Source: Candidatus Iainarchaeum sp. (GTDB lineage Archaea > Iainarchaeota > Iainarchaeia > Iainarchaeales > CSSED10-239). Taken from it: a DNA stretch of 7,672 bases. This document shows, one piece after another, positions 1 to 6,298 of this stretch. The notes beneath the pieces were generated by a model. That model was not told where the DNA came from. It did not search any database and saw only the letters and a list, made by a program, of their open reading frames with translations. The stretch is taken from NCBI GenBank assembly GCA_028693335.1, contig JAQUVR010000028.1, positions 1 to 7,672 on the forward strand. The letters run 5' to 3'. A program made the position numbers and the translations under genes. Numbering within the stretch: the first letter of the stretch is position 1; every line of letters starts with the position of its first letter.

Positions 1-630
1 AGAACCTTGATCACCAAAAATTAATTTTTGATCTGTCTCGCCCATAAAACAACAACCAGATATCTTGTATTCGTGATATGCAACACCAACTAATAAACCA
101 GCAACACCAGAAATTAATGTGTCTGTTGCACTGGAATCAAATATTAAATCTTTATTTTTTAATTTTTGCAAGTTTTTTTTAGTTTTTTCATCACTAGTTA
201 CAGCAAGAACTCTTGGTTTTTGATTTAATCTTTTTTCTCCAATATTTAATCCTGCAAATGTATAAATCTCTTTTACGCCTATTTTTTTTGCAAAAGCAGC
301 AATACTTTCGGCAAATTCATAATGTTGATTACTATTGTTACTACTTGCAAGACTTGGTTGAACTGGGCCAATCAAAAAAAGATAATCTCTATTTTTATAA
401 CTATAAACATGAATTTCATCATTTATTAGTTCTAATAAAGAATTTTTTGCATGAACTGCTGGTGGGAAACTATCTGAAGTTACTTTTGCAAAAAGTGTTG
501 GTTTTGGTTTAAGCTCATTAACTAAATAATCTAAAGCAATCTTACCAACCAATCCAATTCCTGGCAATCCAACTAATAAAACTGGATTTTTTAATTTTTT
601 ATTTTTTAATATTTGTATTTTTGTAACCAT
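1..630 (-). CDS. PAC2-family protein (archaeal proteasome assembly chaperone-like); the N-terminal 210 codons are present and the C-terminus lies beyond the window start
   Basis: It is missing from the ORF track because it is open at the window edge. Hand translation of complement(1..630) gives 210 uninterrupted codons from the ATG at 630-628: MVTKIQILKNKKLKNPVLLVGLPGIGLVGKIALDYLVNELKPKPTLFAKVTSDSFPPAVHAKNSLLELINDEIHVYSYKNRDYLFLIGPVQP...LISGVAGLLVGVAYHEYKISGCCFMGETDQKLIFGDQGS. The N-terminal LVGLPGIGLVGKIA motif and the later SGVAGLL segment are what I recall as hallmarks of the PAC2 / COG1938 family. It starts 14 nt downstream of the aIF2-alpha stop on the same strand. Confidence 0.75.
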   Translation of the reverse strand, partial: MVTKIQILKNKKLKNPVLLVGLPGIGLVGKIALDYLVNELKPKPTLFAKVTSDSFPPAVHAKNSLLELINDEIHVYSYKNRDYLFLIGPVQPSLASSNNSNQHYEFAESIAAFAKKIGVKEIYTFAGLNIGEKRLNQKPRVLAVTSDEKTKKNLQKLKNKDLIFDSSATDTLISGVAGLLVGVAYHEYKISGCCFMGETDQKLIFGDQGS

Positions 631-644
631 ATTAAATCAAAAAT

Positions 645-1430
645 TTATTTCTTTTTTGTTTCTTTTTTTAATTTGTCTGATGTGATGATATTTAAATTAC
701 AACCTTTAAAAGACTTTTCTAAAACTGCAGACATTTCCAAAAATACTTTGTGTGCAAGTTTGTAATCTTTTGCAACAATAGTTAATTCATATTTGCCTGG
801 TGCTAGATAAATTATATTTGTTCCTTTAAAATCACTAACAATTTTTGTTAAATTCTTTTTAATTATTTCAGCACCATTTTCTTGTGAACAAGATATTTCT
901 AATTGACTGATTATTTTTTTATCTTTAACAGTTATACTTTTTGATAAAACATCAAACAATTTTGAAGAATGTTTTTTATCAATATCTGGACAATAATTAA
1001 CACCGTATTTAACAATATTTACAAAACCATCATACAAATTAGGATTTTTTTCCATTAATGGTTCGGCAATTTCTGTCCAAGCAGTATCTTGATCTAACCC
1101 TAGATCTGTAGCAATCGCACTCATTAACCCTTGAGCTCTTTTAAACAAACGATAATCTGATATTTTTCTTTTTTCATCGGCTTCAGAAACTCTATTAAAA
1201 GAAACATCAATTTGATTTTTTTTTGTATCAATGTGCAAAACTTTTGCTGCTCTGATCTGATTTATTTTTACATGGTTGTGAATGTTTTTTACCCAAGTTG
1301 ATGATATTTGAGAAACGTGTACAAAGCCTTCTATATCATCATATTCTAATAAAGAAACAAACACTCCAAAATCAGTAATTTTTATAATCTTACAAACAAC
1401 AATTTCTGCAATTTTTGGATATTCTATCAT
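645..1430 (-). CDS. eif2a: Translation initiation factor aIF2 alpha subunit
   Basis: 261-aa ORF. The N-terminal S1/OB domain (YPKIAEIVVCKIIKITDFGVFVSLLEYDDIEGFVHVSQISSTWVKNIHNHVKINQIRAAKVLHIDTKKNQIDVSFNRV) matches the canonical aIF2-alpha/eIF2-alpha S1 signature (EGF-H-S-ISS-WVKNI). A helical domain and a C-terminal alpha/beta domain of typical total length follow. Confidence 0.9.
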   Translation of the reverse strand: MIEYPKIAEIVVCKIIKITDFGVFVSLLEYDDIEGFVHVSQISSTWVKNIHNHVKINQIRAAKVLHIDTKKNQIDVSFNRVSEADEKRKISDYRLFKRAQGLMSAIATDLGLDQDTAWTEIAEPLMEKNPNLYDGFVNIVKYGVNYCPDIDKKHSSKLFDVLSKSITVKDKKIISQLEISCSQENGAEIIKKNLTKIVSDFKGTNIIYLAPGKYELTIVAKDYKLAHKVFLEMSAVLEKSFKGCNLNIITSDKLKKETKKK

Positions 1431-1451
1431 ATTTTTTTCACAATTTTTAAA

Positions 1452-2012
1452 TTATTCATATTTTTTTACAAAATTTTTGGAGTGCAATATAGTAAAAATA
1501 TTTTCAGGCAACTCACAAACAATTTCTTTTTCAAATGGACCATATTCTTTCATATCTGGAGCAATAAATGATGGAATGCTTTGTAAGACTATTGCTTTTA
1601 TTAATGGCAATTGGTTTTCATTTTTTGTTTTCTTATTTAGTCCAAATAAAGAATCTGTGTATTCTTCTTGTTTATCCATTAATTTTAACACACCTTTTAC
1701 AAAATCAATTTCAAAATCTATTAAATTATCTTCTTTAAAATCTTTTGTTCGACTATACATTAAACATAAATTAAGACATTTTTTTAATCTTATTTCTCTT
1801 ATTTTAGAGATCATACTTTTTAGTGCATCATATTTTTTTAGTTCTTCTTGACTTAATGATTCTATTGCAGAAAAATATCTTGTTTTTTCTTGAGCAATAA
1901 ACTTTTTTAACTCTTTATAAAATGATTGATCTAATTTTGATAATTTTGGTGATTTGGTTTCAAGTCTATATATTCTTCTAAGTTCATCATAATCTAAACT
2001 GTATTCAATCAT
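1452..2012 (-). CDS. gins51: GINS complex subunit, Gins51/Gins15 (Sld5/Psf1-like) type
   Basis: 186-aa ORF. The N-terminal helical A-domain reads YDELRRIYRLETKSPKLSKLDQSFYKELKKFI. The small C-terminal B-domain reads MKEYGPFEKEIVCELPENIFTILHSKNFVK. It lies immediately downstream of priS with a 4-nt ATGA overlap, which is the known archaeal priS-gins15 arrangement. An AGGGTG Shine-Dalgarno sits about 8-13 nt upstream of its ATG, inside the priS 3' end. Confidence 0.75.
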   Translation of the reverse strand: MIEYSLDYDELRRIYRLETKSPKLSKLDQSFYKELKKFIAQEKTRYFSAIESLSQEELKKYDALKSMISKIREIRLKKCLNLCLMYSRTKDFKEDNLIDFEIDFVKGVLKLMDKQEEYTDSLFGLNKKTKNENQLPLIKAIVLQSIPSFIAPDMKEYGPFEKEIVCELPENIFTILHSKNFVKKYE

Positions 2013-3274
2013 ATTGCAACACCCTTTAATATTAAAAATGAAGATACGGCAATTGGCAATTCAATTTCTTCATCAAAATCATATGGTCCATAGGTTTGAT
2101 CTTTAATTCTAAATTTTGGAGTAGGTTTTAAAATTTTAATTTTTTTAAAATTTTTATTATCTAACACAACAGGATCAAAAAATGGATCAAAATCATCTAA
2201 TTTATCAACAGATTCAATTGTATTAGATAAAAAACCAGTACCACCATGTAAAGTATCTGGCATCCTCATTATTTTATATATATCACTTGATGACATTGGA
2301 TCTATTTTAAAAGCCATCTGTGAAATACTAAAATCAATTAAGTTTTGCCAAAACTTTTGACCATTACTAAAATTACTGTATAAAATATTATTGTGCATCT
2401 TATTTAAAATATCATCTTTTTTTTCCAAAAACTGTTCTGTTTTTAACTTGCTAAAATTAAAATCATTCTTTAATTTTGTGTGATCAGCAGTATTAACATA
2501 ATCAATCATAAAATCCATTATCTTTTTTGACCAACCATTAGATTTATTTGGTTTTGGACAAGACCATTGTTTATTTAGATATTCAAAACCAAGTTGTTTT
2601 AAATCTAAATCTCTTGCAAGAATATAATTCATCATTTGCAATCTTGCAGATTTTGATAAATTAATTATAGATGGATTTGTTAGTCTTATGTGATAACCTT
2701 TAGATCCAGAAAAACTAATTATAAAATAACTAGGATCTAAATTAAAATCTGTTTCTAAAAAATCAATTAATCTTTTGGTTTCTGTTTTAGCTTTATTTAA
2801 ACAAATATCACAGGTCCATTCAGTAATTTCAACAACAGATCCACACTCTGTACAATTACTTATGTGTCCGGTTCCATGTTTTTTACACTCTGGATTTTTA
2901 CACACCCAAATATCGTGTTTATTTTTACAATCTAAATCAAAATCATCACTATCAAATTCATAAACAATATCAGCACCAGTTAATTGTTTTTCTTCCATTG
3001 GCCCTCTTTTGTCTGGGTAATTATAATAACCAACAGAATATGATATAAAAAACGGAGTCTTTGTTCTTAGATATTCATTTAACGCAGAATCATTTGCAAA
3101 ACTTAGATGTCTAGCACTAATTTTTTTACCAAAATCTCCAATACCAATTTCTCTTTTTTCTATAGCTATTGTGCTATTTACAAAGTTATTTTTATAGTAT
3201 TCTTTAAATAAATCTCTTAAAAAGTAAATATTTTGATTAATTTGGTTAATATTTGAGATATTGGAACCATCCAT
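2009..3274 (-). CDS. priS: DNA primase small (catalytic) subunit PriS
   Basis: 421-aa ORF with all three archaeo-eukaryotic primase motifs: acidic motif I DIVYEFDSDD (about 2942-2971), motif II SFSGSKGYHIRL, and motif III RMPDTLHGGTGF. A Cys/His-rich zinc module lies between motifs I and II (C116...C158, nt 2801-2929). The C-terminus is of the typical LP-A-FL-KG-A type. The TGA stop overlaps the gins ATG. Confidence 0.92.
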   Translation of the reverse strand: MDGSNISNINQINQNIYFLRDLFKEYYKNNFVNSTIAIEKREIGIGDFGKKISARHLSFANDSALNEYLRTKTPFFISYSVGYYNYPDKRGPMEEKQLTGADIVYEFDSDDFDLDCKNKHDIWVCKNPECKKHGTGHISNCTECGSVVEITEWTCDICLNKAKTETKRLIDFLETDFNLDPSYFIISFSGSKGYHIRLTNPSIINLSKSARLQMMNYILARDLDLKQLGFEYLNKQWSCPKPNKSNGWSKKIMDFMIDYVNTADHTKLKNDFNFSKLKTEQFLEKKDDILNKMHNNILYSNFSNGQKFWQNLIDFSISQMAFKIDPMSSSDIYKIMRMPDTLHGGTGFLSNTIESVDKLDDFDPFFDPVVLDNKNFKKIKILKPTPKFRIKDQTYGPYDFDEEIELPIAVSSFLILKGVAI

Positions 3275-3294
3275 AATATATTATATATTAAAAA

Positions 3295-3304
3295 TATTTT
3301 AAAA
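3295..3304 (-). promoter_or_regulatory. Candidate TATA box for priS (a leaderless or near-leaderless transcript)
   Basis: The minus strand reads TTTTAAAATA, centred about 25-26 nt upstream of the priS ATG (3274). No Shine-Dalgarno lies between it and the ATG. It sits downstream of the rad50 T8 terminator. In sequence this A+T-rich such boxes arise by chance, hence the low confidence. Confidence 0.35.
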
Positions 3305-3317
3305 TAGACCTGATATT

Positions 3318-3325
3318 AAAAAAAA
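3318..3325 (-). terminator. Oligo-T (T8) archaeal-type terminator for rad50
   Basis: The minus strand reads TAG(stop)-GTG-TTTTTTTT, so a run of 8 T begins 3 nt after the rad50 stop codon (3329-3331). Archaeal RNA polymerase terminates intrinsically at oligo-T tracts. Confidence 0.55.
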
Positions 3326-3328
3326 CAC

Positions 3329-5602
3329 CTATTCTATCACTGTAGCTCCATCGTTTTCCTTATCCCTTAAAACGGAGTATTTTGTAGCAGTAACTGCATT
3401 TAAAAGTTGTGGCTCATGGGTTACAATAAAGATTTGATCTACTAATGATGGCAAATCGTCATCTATTACCTTAGATAACATAGATATCCCTTGTTGATCT
3501 AGGTTGTGTGTTGGCTCATCTAAAACCAATAATCCTAATTTTTTAGTCAAACACAAAGCAACAGCAACTCTTATACTTAACGCAGCACAAGTTCTTTCGC
3601 CCCCACTTAATATACCTTCAACCCTTATCCATGTTTTTTGTGTTGTTAAAACTTCTAATATATAATCAGATTCTGCTCTAAGTCTTGCAGAAATATAGTC
3701 ATTATAAGGATATATTTTTGACCAGATAATGGATAGTATTTTATTAATATTATCAACTAAGACTGTTCTTAATTGTTTTTGACTAGACTCTGTTGCTTTT
3801 ATAAAATGCGTTAAATTTATTGAAACTTGATTTAGTTTTTTCAAAATTTGTTCTTGTTTTTCTTTTTGATCTAATAATGAAAAATATCTTCTTTGATTTG
3901 TTTCTAAAGTTAATAACATCTTTTGTAAATTTTCTTTTTGTAAATTTAAAGAGTCTAATTTTGATTTTAAGGCACCTAGTTCTTTTAATATTTCATTATA
4001 TTTTTCTTCATCAAAGTCTTCTTCTGACAACTGTGATCTTAAGGCTTGTTTTTTTTTTAATAATTGATCAACCAATTGTTTTTTTTCATTATAATCAATA
4101 GCTAAAAGAATATTTGAAATTTTTAAATCATAATCAGATAAATCTTCTTTTTTTTCTAATGTTTCTTGATCTTTGTTTATTTTATTTATATTTTCTTTAA
4201 TTAATTGATCATCAGTTTCTATTTTCTTTATTTTTTGTAAAATAAATGTATTTTCTTTTAATTTTTCTTCTTCTTCTTTTAATTGTAGTTTTATTTTTTG
4301 ATTATTTGTAATTTCTAATTGTATTAGGGCAAGATTCTCTTTTATTTTTAAAAGATCATTTGTTTTATCTTCTATTTTTTTAGTGATTTGTTCCTTTGTT
4401 AAAACAGAATCACAAACTGGACAATTAAAAAAACCTTTTTTTAACTCAGAAATTGCAATTTCTAATTCTTTAATATTTGATAAAAATTCTAATTTTTTTG
4501 ATTGTAATGACTCTGCTTCTTTTTCCATTAATTCTTTTTCAAAAATAATTTGATTTTGATCTTTTGGTAATAAAAACAAAGAATCTTCTAATTTTTTTTT
4601 CTCTATTAATAATTTTTGTTCTTGATCTTTAAAAAAAACACATCTGTTTTCTAAGTCTTTAGTTTTTGTGTCTATTAAAAAATTCTTTTTTTGCTTTTCA
4701 TTAAATTCTTGTTTTAATCTATTAATTTCTTCTTTTAAAAATAATAAATCATTATTAAAAAAATCATTTGTTTTTTTTTCTATATCATCTATTTGTTTAG
4801 ATAAATCATCTATCTTTGATTCAGTAACTTTTAGATCTAAGGTTATTTTTTCAAAAATTTGTTTTTTTTTACTAATATCTAAATACTTTTTTTCCAATTC
4901 TTCTTTTTTAAAAGAAAAAGACATTAGTTCGTTTTTTGTATCTTCTAGTTTAGTATTTGTTAACTCTATTTCTTTATTAATATCATCAACATCATAATCA
5001 GCAATTTGAGATTTAACTTGCTCAATTAAGTTATTGTGGTTTTCTGCAGATTTTTCAACATCTAATTGAACTTTTCGGGCATTATCTTTTATTAGATCTA
5101 ATTGACTAATACCAAACAGATCATCAAACTGTTCCTTTCTTTTTGCTGGTGCTAATTTTAAGAAATAGTCTAGTTCGTTTTGTTCTCCATAGACTATTTT
5201 TACAAACAAGTTATAATCAATATTTAATATTTCTGATACTGCTTGATTAACATCTGTTTGTTTTGGACCAGAGAATAATTTATCATTTTTATAAATTTTT
5301 GCAGTATTTGTTTTTTCTGAAATAATCTCTCTTTCTATTCTATAATTATTTTGATCAATTGTTAATTCTAGAATTACTTTTGCTTGTTTTTCTTTTTGAG
5401 GTTTAAACATTATAACCTCATCAAGTTTTATTTTTCTATTTTGTAGAGAAGGAAAAGATCCAAACAAAGCATAACAAATAGCATCAACTATGCTTGATTT
5501 TCCTGAACCCATTTGTCCTATGAATAGATTAGTTCCTTTATTAAACTCTATTTTTGTATTTTTGTGGGTTTTCCAATTATTAAGTGTAATTGATCTGATC
5601 AT
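3329..5602 (-). CDS. rad50: Rad50-type SMC-like ABC ATPase with a CxxC zinc hook (DNA double-strand-break repair ATPase)
   Basis: 757-aa ORF. Walker A is FIGQMGSGKSSIVDAICYALFG (nt 5492-5518 for GQMGSGKSS). The Q-loop region is VYGEQNELDYF. Two long K/E/L-rich coiled-coil arms are interrupted almost exactly mid-protein by the zinc hook NCPVCDS (Cys394/Cys397, nt 4412-4423). The ABC signature is LSGGERTCAALSIRVAVA (about 3575-3610), Walker B/D-loop is LLVLDEPTHNLD (about 3497-3532), and the H-loop is IFIVTHEP. Confidence 0.9.
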   Translation of the reverse strand: MIRSITLNNWKTHKNTKIEFNKGTNLFIGQMGSGKSSIVDAICYALFGSFPSLQNRKIKLDEVIMFKPQKEKQAKVILELTIDQNNYRIEREIISEKTNTAKIYKNDKLFSGPKQTDVNQAVSEILNIDYNLFVKIVYGEQNELDYFLKLAPAKRKEQFDDLFGISQLDLIKDNARKVQLDVEKSAENHNNLIEQVKSQIADYDVDDINKEIELTNTKLEDTKNELMSFSFKKEELEKKYLDISKKKQIFEKITLDLKVTESKIDDLSKQIDDIEKKTNDFFNNDLLFLKEEINRLKQEFNEKQKKNFLIDTKTKDLENRCVFFKDQEQKLLIEKKKLEDSLFLLPKDQNQIIFEKELMEKEAESLQSKKLEFLSNIKELEIAISELKKGFFNCPVCDSVLTKEQITKKIEDKTNDLLKIKENLALIQLEITNNQKIKLQLKEEEEKLKENTFILQKIKKIETDDQLIKENINKINKDQETLEKKEDLSDYDLKISNILLAIDYNEKKQLVDQLLKKKQALRSQLSEEDFDEEKYNEILKELGALKSKLDSLNLQKENLQKMLLTLETNQRRYFSLLDQKEKQEQILKKLNQVSINLTHFIKATESSQKQLRTVLVDNINKILSIIWSKIYPYNDYISARLRAESDYILEVLTTQKTWIRVEGILSGGERTCAALSIRVAVALCLTKKLGLLVLDEPTHNLDQQGISMLSKVIDDDLPSLVDQIFIVTHEPQLLNAVTATKYSVLRDKENDGATVIE

Positions 5603-5706
5603 ATATAATATATATTATGATAAGAAAAATATATAAATTATTTAATTTTAAAAAATCAAAAAAAACACTAAGAAGTTTTAAAAAGACCAAAAATCAAGAA
5701 AAATAT
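5603..5706. promoter_or_regulatory. Divergent promoter region between rad50 (-) and the pilin-like operon (+)
   Basis: A 104-bp A/T spacer. TATATAAA at 5630-5637 reads TTTATATA on the minus strand, 28-35 nt upstream of the rad50 ATG. TTTTAAAAA at 5676-5684 is centred about 27 nt upstream of the ATG at 5707. Neither start has a Shine-Dalgarno, consistent with leaderless mRNAs. An alternating (TA)n tract at 5603-5616 abuts the rad50 start. Confidence 0.4.
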
Positions 5707-5895
5707 ATGATACTAAATAAAATATTAAAAGATCAAAGAGCACAGATCTCAGCAGAAATGATTATTTTACTTGCTGCAATAATCGCTATTGTCTTAGTAA
5801 TTGTCACACAATTACAAAAAACAACCACAAAAGCAAATAAAACGGTGGAAAAAAGCGCAGACAAAGTTTTTGATAAAATAAGTAAGATCGAATAA
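5707..5895 (+). CDS. Small class III signal peptide (archaeal type IV pilin-like) protein, 62 aa, predicted 50-aa mature form
   Basis: MILNKILKDQRA|QISAEMIILLAAIIAIVLVIVTQ... The motif is a basic residue, then Ala, then Gln+1 and Glu+5, followed by an uninterrupted hydrophobic helix. This is the archaeal prepilin (DUF361 / class III signal) pattern. The ORF track extends the frame to the ATG at 5617 (92 aa). I prefer Met31 (5707) because 5617 lies only 14 bp from the divergent rad50 ATG, leaving no room for a promoter, and would add a 30-aa Lys-rich leader. Confidence 0.65.
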   Translation: MILNKILKDQRAQISAEMIILLAAIIAIVLVIVTQLQKTTTKANKTVEKSADKVFDKISKIE

Positions 5896-6294
5896 ATGAA
5901 AAAAGGTTTTTTAAGTCTAGAATATATTTTATTAACAGCGGCAACATTATCTGCAATTTCTATATTGATCTTGTCTGGTGTTAGTCTTTATAATAAAAAT
6001 ATTAATGCAATTGATGATTATAAATTAGAAAAACTCCACACAAATTTAAAAAATAACATATCACTAATAGAATTAAATAATGGATCTAAAAAAACAATTT
6101 ATGTTGAAACAATTAATGAATGGGTATTTAGAAAAAGTAATTTGAATTGTATTATCATAAAAAACAAACAAAAAACAAAAGAGATCTGCTCAAATTATAA
6201 GATAACAATCAACGTTTCTAAATTTTCTGGAGATGGTAAAATCAATATTGAAAATAAAAACAATACTATTTATTTAAATATCCAACCTAATTAG
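5896..6294 (+). CDS. Type IV pilin-like protein with a class III signal peptide, 132 aa
   Basis: MKKG|FLSLEYILLTAATLSAISILILSGV: a short basic leader, Gly at -1, Phe at +1, Glu at +5, then a hydrophobic helix. An Asn-rich, probably beta-rich globular part follows, with four N-x-S/T sequons and two Cys (C85, C98). The ATG directly abuts the preceding TAA stop (5893-5895), implying translational coupling. Confidence 0.6.
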   Translation: MKKGFLSLEYILLTAATLSAISILILSGVSLYNKNINAIDDYKLEKLHTNLKNNISLIELNNGSKKTIYVETINEWVFRKSNLNCIIIKNKQKTKEICSNYKITINVSKFSGDGKINIENKNNTIYLNIQPN

Positions 6295-6298
6295 AAAT

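Noticed and set aside
213-512. 99-aa plus-strand ORF from the track (MVFDLIFFLQYLILQ...).
   Set aside because: It lies entirely antisense to the well-supported PAC2-family CDS. Its composition is low-complexity Leu/Phe/Tyr/Gln, as expected from reading an AT-rich gene backwards. It has no recognisable motif.
1477-1851. 124-aa plus-strand ORF (TTG start) antisense to the GINS gene.
   Set aside because: It has a non-ATG start, lies completely within the opposite-strand conserved CDS, and has Phe/Ser/Ile-rich shadow-ORF composition.
1980-2761. By my manual character count, the A-runs straddling the line breaks at 1980/1981 and 2760/2761 looked one base too long and one base too short for the frames given in the ORF track. 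That would imply frameshifts, or slippery-run recoding, in gins and priS.
   Set aside because: The ORF track, computed from this same window, shows both ORFs uninterrupted (561 and 1266 nt, both multiples of three) with intact conserved motifs on both sides. Two exactly compensating discrepancies sitting at line breaks look like a hand-counting artefact. A simple re-translation would settle it. Motif coordinates I give between about 1981 and 2760 may therefore be off by 1 nt.
2775-2963. 62-aa plus-strand ORF (TTG start) antisense to the PriS zinc-module region.
   Set aside because: It is a shadow ORF opposite strongly conserved primase motifs and has no independent support.
3820-4997. Two plus-strand ORFs (3820-4101, 4668-4997) inside rad50, plus the many near-repeated A/T-rich words in this interval.
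   Set aside because: Both are antisense to the Rad50 coiled-coil arms. The K/E/L heptad-type composition of a coiled coil yields Phe/Leu/Ser-rich open frames on the other strand and repetitive-looking DNA. I saw no true tandem repeat, CRISPR-like spacing or mobile-element ends.
3329-5602. The Rad50-like ATPase as part of an SMC-type defence system (Lamassu/Wadjet/Gabija-like).
   Set aside because: The central CxxC hook and the full Rad50 motif set fit genuine Rad50. No nuclease or kleisin-like partner is adjacent, and the neighbours are core replication genes. I cannot fully exclude it without a phylogeny.
5603-5706. The A/T-rich divergent spacer next to replication and repair genes as a replication origin.
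   Set aside because: It has no ORB or mini-ORB-like inverted repeats and no G-string elements. No orc1/cdc6 gene is nearby, and the spacer is only 104 bp. It is adequately explained as two back-to-back promoters.
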